Source of the DNA: Candidatus Woesearchaeota archaeon
GTDB taxonomy: Archaea; Nanobdellota; Nanobdellia; Woesearchaeales; GW2011-AR9
Reading direction: 5' to 3'
DNA length: 52,256 bases
NCBI GenBank assembly: GCA_016185725.1
Contig: JACPNA010000020.1
Coordinates: forward strand, 1 to 52,256
A program made the position numbers and the translations under genes. Shown here one piece after another: positions 7,949-16,079 of this stretch. Every line of letters begins with the position of its first letter. The first letter of the stretch is position 1. The notes under the pieces were generated by a model that saw nothing but the letters and a program-made list of their open reading frames with translations, did not search any database and was not told the DNA's origin.

Positions 7949-7958
7949 GGGGGGGGGG
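7949..7958. repeat. G10 homopolymer tract in a divergent promoter region
   Basis: cattGGGGGGGGGGcaac, between the divergent starts at 7894 (-) and 8022 (+). Confidence 0.9.
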
Positions 7959-8021
7959 CAACTCGTCTTTAAATAGAGGAATAACTTTCTAGAATAAAAA
8001 ATACAGTAAGAGGTGTAATAA

Positions 8022-8372
8022 ATGAAAAAAATAATTTTAGGTTTGTTAGCAATGTTAGGAATAATGTTATTGGTAGTGAGTTGTAGCGGACCAGTGGCGG
8101 GAGAGGCTACGGCATCTAAAGTTTGTGATGGAGATCAATTTATTTTGAAGTTGGATGTACCAGTCACTGTTAATTATGGAACAGGATTACAGTCAAAAGT
8201 TTATGCATATAAATTGGATTATATAACTAGTACACAAGCAAAGTTAACGGTAAATAATGAGGTGACTAACAAAATAGAAGTAGGAAAATCTTACACACTA
8301 AAAGATGGAACAGGAGTAAGTATTGTGAGGATATTTGGAAGTTCTGCAAGAGTGTGTGTGAATTATAAATAA
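8022..8372 (+). CDS. small lipoprotein with a single TVNNE-type surface domain
   Basis: Lipobox LLVVSC. AKLTVNNEVTNKIEVGKSYTLKDGTGVSIV is paralogous to modules in 4179..5972. GAGGTG sits upstream of the ATG. Confidence 0.75.
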   Translation: MKKIILGLLAMLGIMLLVVSCSGPVAGEATASKVCDGDQFILKLDVPVTVNYGTGLQSKVYAYKLDYITSTQAKLTVNNEVTNKIEVGKSYTLKDGTGVSIVRIFGSSARVCVNYK

Positions 8373-8380
8373 TTAGTATT

Positions 8381-9478
8381 TTATTTTTTTATTTCTTGAA
8401 TTATTTCTTTTATTGACTTTTCTGTTTTGATGCCGTTAGGCGAGAAATGGGTGTGAACGGCAGGAAGTTGTTTAAGGAATGGTTCGATTCTGGGAGGGTT
8501 GATTTTTAGTTTTCTCGCGATTTCATGCAAGTCGTAAAAGCCGAGAATATCTTTAGTTGATTCTTCTTGGAGAAGGTTAAGAAATTTTTGTTCTTGGGGG
8601 AAGGGATTGTTTTTATTCATTGTGGTAATTAGTTTTTGGTTGTGGAGTTTGCCTGTCCAGAGGGGACCGGCGAATTGAAATTCTTGTTTACAATCGCATG
8701 TTTCTTTGTTGTGTATTGATGATGTATAGTTTAAACAATTGGGACAGAATAAGAAGTATTGATGTTGTTTTACAAGGGCATCACAGCGTTCTTTACCTTT
8801 TTCGGATTGAAAATAAATGCGAAAGTAATGGTCTTTGTGATAGCTAAGGATAGGCGTCAATGCTTTGTCAAATTGAATGCCTTGCAATTGTACTTTGCGG
8901 ATGAGAATTCGTAAGCCAAGTTCGTGCATAAGATAATTTTTCATTGAAGTTGCCCAATATTTGCGTTTAGTTACAGAGGGATAAGTTCCGGTTAAGGCGG
9001 CGGTATCTGTTGCTGTAATCGCAAGAATACCATGGCGGGAAATTCGAGCAACTGCGGCAGGGAGAAAAGGATTAGGCGAGCCGAAGGGATCAATGTCAAT
9101 ATAATCAAAGCCTTTGCTTTGATTTAAGAAAAGTGATGCTTCTTGATTATGAAGAAATAAATTAGTTGGTTTTTTTATTTTGTTTAAGGTTAAATAATTT
9201 TGAATGGTTTTAGAAAAGTTTTCTTTGTTATCGTTGATGTGTAGTTCAGTAATTTTATCTTTGGTTAGCTCGTTGAGAAAACGTAATGATCTTATACCGG
9301 AACCGGCTAGAGGATCGGCTAGTTTCATATTTTTGTTAGGGAGGGAATTGAGGAGAAGGATAGAGATATTACGATTAGCTATCATTAAAGGATTATAAAA
9401 AATATCCATTTTGGCATTGACATTACCTTTAGGTAAGTCGATGTTAAGATTAATGGAATGTTCTGAAATGAGGGACAT
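8381..9478 (-). CDS. trm1: tRNA (guanine26-N2)-dimethyltransferase Trm1
   Basis: FYNPLMIANRNISI, DPLAGSGIRSLRF, DIDPFGSPNPFL and a Cys cluster are typical of Trm1. Start set at the internal ATG 9478 to avoid overlap with infB; 9544 is also possible. Confidence 0.85.
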   Translation of the reverse strand: MSLISEHSINLNIDLPKGNVNAKMDIFYNPLMIANRNISILLLNSLPNKNMKLADPLAGSGIRSLRFLNELTKDKITELHINDNKENFSKTIQNYLTLNKIKKPTNLFLHNQEASLFLNQSKGFDYIDIDPFGSPNPFLPAAVARISRHGILAITATDTAALTGTYPSVTKRKYWATSMKNYLMHELGLRILIRKVQLQGIQFDKALTPILSYHKDHYFRIYFQSEKGKERCDALVKQHQYFLFCPNCLNYTSSIHNKETCDCKQEFQFAGPLWTGKLHNQKLITTMNKNNPFPQEQKFLNLLQEESTKDILGFYDLHEIARKLKINPPRIEPFLKQLPAVHTHFSPNGIKTEKSIKEIIQEIKK

Positions 9479-9500
9479 GTTGACAATAATTGAAGAAAGG

Positions 9501-9510
9501 TTTAAAAAAA
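9501..9510 (+). promoter_or_regulatory. TATA-like box for aIF5B (near-leaderless)
   Basis: TTTAAAAAAA is centred about 26 nt upstream of ATG 9531, in the 52-nt divergent spacer. Confidence 0.35.
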
Positions 9511-9530
9511 CTTTGATCGATTTTAGAGAT

Positions 9531-11318
9531 ATGGCTCTCCGCAAAGTTTTATTGACAATTGTTGGACATGTTGATCATGGAAAGACTTCGTTGTTAGATA
9601 AGATTAGAAGTTCTACGGTGGCAGCAGGAGAAGCGGGGGCAATTACCCAAGCGATTGGTGTTTCAATTATTCCCATTGAAGTTATTAAGAAAATATGCGG
9701 GTCGTTGATGAATGTGTTTCAAGGTAAAGTTACCATGCAAGGTTTATTGGCTATTGATACGCCGGGTCATGCTGCATTTACTTCGTTGCGGAAAAGAGGG
9801 GGGTCATTGGCGGATATTGCGGTACTTGTTATTGATATTAATGAAGGATTTAAACCACAAACTTTAGAATCTATTGAGATCTTGAGAGCGAATAAAGTTC
9901 CGTTTATTGTCGCTGCGAATAAGATTGATTTAATTGACGGCTGGCAGTATGATGAGAAGAAATTTTTAATGGATAATATTAATGGGCTTGATTACAAAAT
10001 ACAAGGTTTATTTGAGCAGAAGATGTATGAATTGGTAGGGAAATTTCAAGAATTAGGGGTGGAGGCGGAAAGATTTGATAGGGTAGGCGATTATACTAAA
10101 CAGTTAGCTATTGTGCCGGTTTCTGCACGAACGGGGCAAGGTGTTCCTGAATTGCTATTAGTCTTAACTGCATTAGCACAGAAATATTTAGAAAAGCAAT
10201 TAACAATTGAAGTTAAAGGAAATGCGAAAGGAACTATTCTAGAAGTGAAAGAAGAAAAAGGTTTAGGTACAACGATTGATGTTATTATATACAATGGAAG
10301 TTTGAAGGTTAATGATTATTTGGTTATTGGGGGTATAGATGGACCAATTGTGGTTAAGATTAGAGCTTTACTCGAGCCGGTAGCATTGGCAGAAATGAGA
10401 GATAAAAAAGGTAAATTTCAGAATGTAAAAGAAGTATTTGCGGCTACAGGAGTTAAAATCTCAGCGCCGGGATTGGAAAAGGCTATTGCGGGTATGCCGA
10501 TAAGAGGTTGCAGCGGTAAGGCTGAAGAAATGGAATTGCTTAAAAAAGAAGTGCAAGAAGAAATTTCTTCGGTAGTGATAGAAGATAGTGAAGAATTAGG
10601 AGTAATAATCAAAGCGGATACTATTGGTGGGCTGGAAGCGTTAAGAAATTTATTACAAGAAAGACAGGTACCAATTGCTTCATCCTCCTTAGGGGAGATT
10701 ACGAAAAAAGATTTGGGGAAATTAGAGATGGTTAGAGAGAAGGATGAATTCTTTGGAGTAATATTAGGTTTTAATGTTCGTGTTCCTGCGGAAATTGAAG
10801 AGATGCGGAAGACGAAAAATTTGAAAATTTTTACTAATGAGGTTATTTACAAAACTATTGAAGATTATGAGAAATTCAGAGAGGGATTAAAGAAAGAGAT
10901 AGAGTTACGTGAGCTTAATAATTTAGTTAGGCCATGCAAATTTACGATTTTGAAAGGGTATGTGTTCCGACAGAATAACCCGGCAATTGTTGGTGTAGAA
11001 ATTGAGATTGGCAGGATTAAATCAGGAGATCCAGTGATGAATGGGGAAGGCAAACGGTTAACGCAAGTTAAAGCTATGGAAGAAAAACAAGAATCGTTAA
11101 CTATAGCAGAGCAAGGTAAACAAATTGCGATGTCGTTAGATAATGTTACGGTGGGCAGACAGATTCATGAAGGAGATTTCTTATACACCGATATTCCAGA
11201 AGATGATTTTAAGAAGTTGAAGGAATTAAAGAAACATCTTTCTAAAAATGAGGTGGAGGTTCTTAAAGAAATTGCAGAGATTAAACGCCGTAATAATCCG
11301 GTGTGGGGCGTGGGTTGA
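9531..11318 (+). CDS. infB: translation initiation factor aIF5B (IF2-like GTPase)
   Basis: RKVLLTIVGHVDHGKTSLLDKIRSS, DTPGH and NKID GTPase motifs. ATG 9531 gives the canonical N-terminus. Confidence 0.9.
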   Translation: MALRKVLLTIVGHVDHGKTSLLDKIRSSTVAAGEAGAITQAIGVSIIPIEVIKKICGSLMNVFQGKVTMQGLLAIDTPGHAAFTSLRKRGGSLADIAVLVIDINEGFKPQTLESIEILRANKVPFIVAANKIDLIDGWQYDEKKFLMDNINGLDYKIQGLFEQKMYELVGKFQELGVEAERFDRVGDYTKQLAIVPVSARTGQGVPELLLVLTALAQKYLEKQLTIEVKGNAKGTILEVKEEKGLGTTIDVIIYNGSLKVNDYLVIGGIDGPIVVKIRALLEPVALAEMRDKKGKFQNVKEVFAATGVKISAPGLEKAIAGMPIRGCSGKAEEMELLKKEVQEEISSVVIEDSEELGVIIKADTIGGLEALRNLLQERQVPIASSSLGEITKKDLGKLEMVREKDEFFGVILGFNVRVPAEIEEMRKTKNLKIFTNEVIYKTIEDYEKFREGLKKEIELRELNNLVRPCKFTILKGYVFRQNNPAIVGVEIEIGRIKSGDPVMNGEGKRLTQVKAMEEKQESLTIAEQGKQIAMSLDNVTVGRQIHEGDFLYTDIPEDDFKKLKELKKHLSKNEVEVLKEIAEIKRRNNPVWGVG

Positions 11319-11440
11319 TGAATTCTAAAAAGAGAAATTTGATTACGAAAGAACTTAAAGAAGGATATATTGTTAATGCCAAAATAGATAGAATAATGAA
11401 TAAAAAATGGGAAAAAATTTCTGGAGATATTATTTATTAA
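11318..11440 (+). CDS. possible 40-aa basic small protein
   Basis: Its ATG overlaps the infB stop (TGATG), and it ends 9 nt before the next gene. No recognisable motif. Confidence 0.25.
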   Translation: MNSKKRNLITKELKEGYIVNAKIDRIMNKKWEKISGDIIY

Positions 11441-11449
11441 GGTGAATAT

Positions 11450-11926
11450 ATGCAACAATTAACTATACTTAATTCACGAGATGTGAAGAAAATAAGAGAG
11501 CTAGTTGTTAAGCAGTTTGGCTATTTCCCAGAGGAGGACTATGCGTTTCTTAAGGGAGAGAATGATAAGGTGTATATGGTGAATAAGGATGTAGCAAGGG
11601 TTGATTTGAAAAAGTTGATTGTAGATAGAATGGGGTTATATTTTGCGGAGTTGCGGGAAACGGAAGTGAGGTTAAGCAAGGAAGGAGCGCAATTATTAGG
11701 AAGAGAAGCTAGAGATAATAAGAAAGAGTTGAGAAATGTGGTTGATTTAAATCAACGAGAAGTTAAGGCTTATTTTGCGGGTGTTGATTTGGTCAAGGAT
11801 TTGGGGGAGGAGAATAAGTTGGTATTATTGCAGTTTGGGAATGATGTGTTTGGCTGCGCTAAATATAAGGGGGGGAAAATCATTAATTTTATGCCAAAAA
11901 TTCACCGAGGAGAAGTTATTTTATAA
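11450..11926 (+). CDS. PUA-like RNA-binding protein (NIP7 / RsmF C-terminal-like)
   Basis: 158 aa. GLYFAEL...RLSKEGAQLLG...YFAGVDL...FGCAKYKGGKIINFMPK pattern. AAGGTGA sits upstream of the ATG. Confidence 0.5.
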   Translation: MQQLTILNSRDVKKIRELVVKQFGYFPEEDYAFLKGENDKVYMVNKDVARVDLKKLIVDRMGLYFAELRETEVRLSKEGAQLLGREARDNKKELRNVVDLNQREVKAYFAGVDLVKDLGEENKLVLLQFGNDVFGCAKYKGGKIINFMPKIHRGEVIL

Positions 11927-12798
11927 TCCCCGTTTGCGATGGGTTTTAAGAGATAATAATACGCCGCTCCGGCGATTAAGGGAGAAAGTTTTGTTCTGGT
12001 ACATATCCACTGTTGGGGGAATATTTGTTCCGGTGGCAGGGGATGATCAAAGACAAATATTTTGTATCCGCCATTGTGATGTTTTTTTCTCAATTTTTGT
12101 TGAGAATAGATAATATGAGAACGTTCAGGGTGTGCAACATCGCCTTGCTTATTGCGAATGTGATCTTCAAGAGTTTCGTAATGTATTTCTAAATGTAAAT
12201 CATTAAGTTGAGGGATGATGGAATTCCAGCTCAAGTAATGGTGAACGGCTTTGTAGCCGGATTCTTTGGGTGTAGTAACGTAATCTTTTTCTTCGATTAA
12301 ACGAAAACGAGGGTGAGAAAGAAGAGCATTTTTGGCGGCATAGCAAGATTCCTGTGTTGAGGTGACGATGTTTAAGGCGTAGATATCAGATACGGCAATA
12401 CGATGAAGTTGGGTAGGGTGGTGAATACCGGAATATTCAACATTGGCAAGAAAGCGGGTGATTTTTTCAATAATACTCTCCACGCCTTTTGTTCGGCCTA
12501 CAATATTAATAATAGGAGAGGTCTGATGAATGGAAAAATCACCATATTCTTCAATTAAACCAGAGAGGTCCAGATTATCAGAAACATAATTGGGAGCATG
12601 AACAATCTTTTTAGTGGCGAGCGGAATGGAAAAGAGAGAAAGAATGTCTTGTTCTATTACTAAGGAAAGATAGTGAGGATTACGTTCAACAATAATAATA
12701 TGTTCGTCAGATACTTTGTGATTCGTGGTACTTCTAATTATATCCAGCAGTCGATGTGCGCGTTCTTGATTTACATTGGAGATTATGGATTTGGGCAT
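11902..12798 (-). CDS. RelA/SpoT-domain (RSH synthetase-fold) nucleotidyltransferase-like protein
   Basis: IVGRTKGVESIIEKI, VSDIYALNIV, KDYVTTPKESGYKAVHH and LEIHYET align with RSH synthetase motifs, with substitutions. Confidence 0.55.
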   Translation of the reverse strand: MPKSIISNVNQERAHRLLDIIRSTTNHKVSDEHIIIVERNPHYLSLVIEQDILSLFSIPLATKKIVHAPNYVSDNLDLSGLIEEYGDFSIHQTSPIINIVGRTKGVESIIEKITRFLANVEYSGIHHPTQLHRIAVSDIYALNIVTSTQESCYAAKNALLSHPRFRLIEEKDYVTTPKESGYKAVHHYLSWNSIIPQLNDLHLEIHYETLEDHIRNKQGDVAHPERSHIIYSQQKLRKKHHNGGYKIFVFDHPLPPEQIFPQQWICTRTKLSPLIAGAAYYYLLKPIANGDYKITSPR

Positions 12799-12884
12799 TG
12801 TAATTACCTGATAGTAATGGAAAACACGAAAGATTTATAAATATTGTTATTATTTAATAGTAAAAACAAACATGAGGTTCGAAT

Positions 12885-14444
12885 ATGAATAAAAGATTAT
12901 ATTTTTTAATGACCGTACTCTTAGTGGTAACGGCTTTATTTACAAGCCGAGTTGTTGCGGATTTAGCGGAATCGCAACAAGCGTATGATACAGCGAGAAA
13001 TCAATATAATGATCTGCGCGTAGAATATAATGAGGTGATAGAGAAGTATGATAGTGTTAGTGTTAGTGGGGATATTACTCAAGTTGAAAGTTTACAGTAT
13101 GATTTTTGGGAAGTACAAAGTACGGCTAAGCACTTTGTAAGCTATAATTTAATGTATGCTGCTCAAGCGCAGAGTTCTTCAGATCCACAAGAGCAGACTC
13201 TGAGAACAGAATTTTTGGCATTAGGACATTTATTCGCACAAGTACAAGAAGATTCTTCTGCAAAGATAAATGAGTTGGAGCCGATTAGATTTCAATTACA
13301 ATTATGGCAAGATTATCAGATATTAGCAGGGCAGATAGATACGGCAAAAACGAAGGGGTTATTATTGAATCATGATATTGGGAATGCAATGGCCGTGCCA
13401 GGAAATACGGTTAAGGTCTTAGAATTGAAAGAAATGTTGTTGCTCCAGGAAGCGGTGGTGAAGACATTAAAAACATCTGCTTCCAATGTGAATCATAAAG
13501 CCATTGCTATTAAGGATACAGCATTGCAAAAAAAATTAACGAACTTAGTGGATGCGATGGATGCTGAGCTGAAAACAATTACAGAAGTGAAGGTAAGTTT
13601 AGATAGTTATATCAGCATAGTTAATAATAATCCTGTATTGATAAGTATAGGCAATAAAAGTATTACTATCGGCGGTACGTTGAGTTTTACCGTAAGTGCA
13701 TCGGATGCGGATAATGATACATTACAATTCACGATGGAAAATAAACCAACTACAGCCACGTTTGATAATAAAGTATTTAGCTGGACACCCACCGCTTCCG
13801 AAGCAGGGATCTATACAGTAACATTTAAAGTTGCGGATGGAAAAGGAGGGGAAGCAAAAGAAGCAGTAAAGATTACGGTTAGCGCAAACACTCCGTTAAC
13901 TAAGCTGCAGGAAGCACAGCAAAAATTCAATAATTATCAAGATAAATTCGAAAGTTACAAAGATGATTATTTAAGCTATAAAAAAAATTACGATAACGCA
14001 GTAAAGAATAATGATTATAGCGATGTTAAAAAGTATACTCAAGAACTTAACGGTCTTGATGATGAAGTTAAGGATTTAATCAATGATTTAAAAGATTTGA
14101 AAGATGAAGCTGATTCCTTAACAGATGGGGATGTGTTGTATGATGATGTTAAAGATTTGCAAAAAGATGCAGAAATGTTACAAACAAAGATTAAAAAAAT
14201 CTTTGATGGCGAACAGGTTAAAGAAAGTACATCACAAGCTAGCATGACTAGTAATGTTAAACCTTCTATTGAAAAACAGGTAGAAGTACAAAAATTGAGT
14301 ACAATGCCTGGGGAGGGAGTTGCTAGAGAAGATGTTCAAGATGTTAACAATAGTAATGATTTAAGAGCAAAGGCACTGCTTATCGGCGGAATTGTTATAT
14401 TAATGGCAGTGATTGTATTCTTGATGGCTGTGGTGATGTTTTAA
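12885..14444 (+). CDS. secreted, C-terminally anchored surface protein with coiled-coil regions and a cadherin/Ig-like domain
   Basis: Signal peptide, FTVSASDADNDTLQF...WTPTASEAGIYTVTFKVADGKGG Ig-like module, and C-terminal TM LLIGGIVILMAVIVFLMAVVMF. Confidence 0.7.
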   Translation: MNKRLYFLMTVLLVVTALFTSRVVADLAESQQAYDTARNQYNDLRVEYNEVIEKYDSVSVSGDITQVESLQYDFWEVQSTAKHFVSYNLMYAAQAQSSSDPQEQTLRTEFLALGHLFAQVQEDSSAKINELEPIRFQLQLWQDYQILAGQIDTAKTKGLLLNHDIGNAMAVPGNTVKVLELKEMLLLQEAVVKTLKTSASNVNHKAIAIKDTALQKKLTNLVDAMDAELKTITEVKVSLDSYISIVNNNPVLISIGNKSITIGGTLSFTVSASDADNDTLQFTMENKPTTATFDNKVFSWTPTASEAGIYTVTFKVADGKGGEAKEAVKITVSANTPLTKLQEAQQKFNNYQDKFESYKDDYLSYKKNYDNAVKNNDYSDVKKYTQELNGLDDEVKDLINDLKDLKDEADSLTDGDVLYDDVKDLQKDAEMLQTKIKKIFDGEQVKESTSQASMTSNVKPSIEKQVEVQKLSTMPGEGVAREDVQDVNNSNDLRAKALLIGGIVILMAVIVFLMAVVMF

Positions 14445-14505
14445 TTTTTTTTTGTTTGATTATTGTTTCTCTAATGATTATTAATAAATAGAGAAGAAGA
14501 AAAAA

Positions 14506-14745
14506 CTAATTCAAAACGTCTTCAATAGGCTTTTTGCCTTTTAGTTGTTTGGCTTCTTTAACTTGAGCAACTAAGTCAACACCAGCGTCTTTGAGTTCTT
14601 TGATGTGCATTTGCATTAATTGTTCTACTATCTGCACGATGCGGAGCATTTCTTCGCGTTCTTTTGTTAAAGTTGCCAGGGATCCTTTATGGAAGCCGAT
14701 TTTTTCTTCTTTAGACATTTCGGTATTTGATTCTTGTTTTGCCAT
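14506..14745 (-). CDS. hypothetical small helical protein
   Basis: 79-aa ORF, charged and helical. No motif recognised. Confidence 0.4.
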   Translation of the reverse strand: MAKQESNTEMSKEEKIGFHKGSLATLTKEREEMLRIVQIVEQLMQMHIKELKDAGVDLVAQVKEAKQLKGKKPIEDVLN

Positions 14746-14841
14746 AAGGGAGATAATTATAAGAATTATTTATTAAGGTTTTGGTTAATTTTGGACTTGG
14801 AAAGGAAAAGGTTTAAATTCTTAAAAAAAATTCTGTTTATA

Positions 14842-15258
14842 ATGGGTTTGTTGGATAAGATACTGTTCTGGAAGAAGAGGGATGAGTTTGATTTTGAAGA
14901 TATGGCTAATAAGCAAATGCCTTCCAGTGGTTTAACCATGCCTGAAGGATTAGGAGAAAATGACCCGTTTAAAGAGAAATCGATGTTTCCGGAGAATAAA
15001 TCTCCGTTTGAACCACATGAAGAGGAATCGTTAGGAGCGAGGAGTGCAATGCCACCGTCAGGAATGCAACGACAAAGTTATCCAGGAATTCAGCAACAAA
15101 GTGGACAGCAAGGGTATGGTCAAAATAGAGATTTAGAATTGATTAATAGCAAGTTAGATACGTTGAAAGCCATGTTGACAACGATTGAGCAGAGAATGGC
15201 AGAAATGGAACGAGCTTCAGGAATAGAACAGAAGAAGAAGCAAGAACGATTATGGTAA
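14842..15258 (+). CDS. hypothetical protein (disordered P/Q/G-rich centre, C-terminal helix)
   Basis: Internal ATG 14842 of track ORF 14734. The stop overlaps the lspA start by 7 nt, suggesting co-transcription. Confidence 0.5.
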   Translation: MGLLDKILFWKKRDEFDFEDMANKQMPSSGLTMPEGLGENDPFKEKSMFPENKSPFEPHEEESLGARSAMPPSGMQRQSYPGIQQQSGQQGYGQNRDLELINSKLDTLKAMLTTIEQRMAEMERASGIEQKKKQERLW

Positions 15259-15689
15259 CTAAAGAGGAGAAGTATTTGCGGTGGTTTATTAGTTTAAGTT
15301 TGATGGTAATTATTGTTGATCAATTGTTGAAATTTTTAGTGGTGAGGTTTAGACCAGATTGGGATTTTAAAATTTTATTAATTCATTTTATTTCTAATAC
15401 GGGAGCCGGGTTTGGCATATTGCAAGATAAGACGTTAATTCTGGCGATAGTTTCTCTTGTTGTGGTGTTATTGATTGTTTTTTTCTACAAGAAAATACCA
15501 CAAGATAAATGGGTGCAAGTGCTAATGGGATTGTTCTTAGGGGGGGTTGTAGGTAATTTTATAGATAGGATGTTCAGAGGTTATGTTATCGATTTTATTG
15601 ATTTTAAGTTCTGGCCGGCGTTTAATATTGCTGATGCGATGATTACGAGTTCCGTGATAGGATTAGTTATTTATTTGTGGAAAGAGTAA
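15252..15689 (+). CDS. lspA: lipoprotein signal peptidase (signal peptidase II)
   Basis: NTGAGFGILQ, GGVVGNFIDR and VIDFIDFKFWPAFNIADA match the conserved LspA blocks, including both catalytic Asp contexts. Confidence 0.85.
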   Translation: MVTKEEKYLRWFISLSLMVIIVDQLLKFLVVRFRPDWDFKILLIHFISNTGAGFGILQDKTLILAIVSLVVVLLIVFFYKKIPQDKWVQVLMGLFLGGVVGNFIDRMFRGYVIDFIDFKFWPAFNIADAMITSSVIGLVIYLWKE

Positions 15690-15690
15690 A

Positions 15691-15718
15691 TTAGAATAAT
15701 TATTTTAGAATAATTATT
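15691..15718. repeat. perfect tandem duplication (2 x 14 nt), each unit holding the palindrome AATAATTATT
   Basis: TTAGAATAATTATT occurs twice back to back, between the lspA stop and the small Cys-rich ORF. Confidence 0.85.
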
Positions 15719-15790
15719 TTGAAGGCTAGGAATTTTTTATAGTTCTTTATTGATCTCTTTATTTTAGGAAAAAATAAGAGGTGATTTTCT

Positions 15791-16045
15791 ATGGTTGAAG
15801 AGGGATTAGATGATAAAGTGTTAGGTTGTTTTCTACGATTAGCGTATCCTGTGCCAATAACACAGGATGCAAATTGTCCGCAGATAGAATGGATGGGAGA
15901 GGATTTAGTACACTGTCCTGGAGTGGGGGAATATAAATGCAAAGCGCAACGATTTGAAGATTTAGGAGAGTATGGTGGTATAAGTATTGATTATATGGTA
16001 TGTAAGGTAAGAGATCATACAACTTATCAATTTTATATTAATTAG
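15791..16045 (+). CDS. small Cys-rich hypothetical protein
   Basis: 84-aa ORF with GAGGTGA 7 nt upstream of the ATG. The competing antisense ORFs lack such signals. Confidence 0.5.
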   Translation: MVEEGLDDKVLGCFLRLAYPVPITQDANCPQIEWMGEDLVHCPGVGEYKCKAQRFEDLGEYGGISIDYMVCKVRDHTTYQFYIN

Positions 16046-16079
16046 CAACAGAAACAATAAGAATTATTTTTTATTAGTT

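Noticed and set aside
9411-9544. Overlap of the long forms of the trm1 (to 9544) and infB (from 9411) ORFs.
   Set aside because: Family N-termini fit the internal starts (trm1 at 9478, infB at 9531). These starts leave a 52-nt divergent spacer containing a TATA-like TTTAAAAAAA. The trm1 start remains somewhat uncertain.
12862-12884. GAGGTTCGAAT, resembling a tRNA T-arm.
   Set aside because: No complementary T stem, acceptor or anticodon arm can be drawn around it. It lies directly upstream of ATG 12885 and more plausibly serves as an SD-like GAGG ribosome-binding site.
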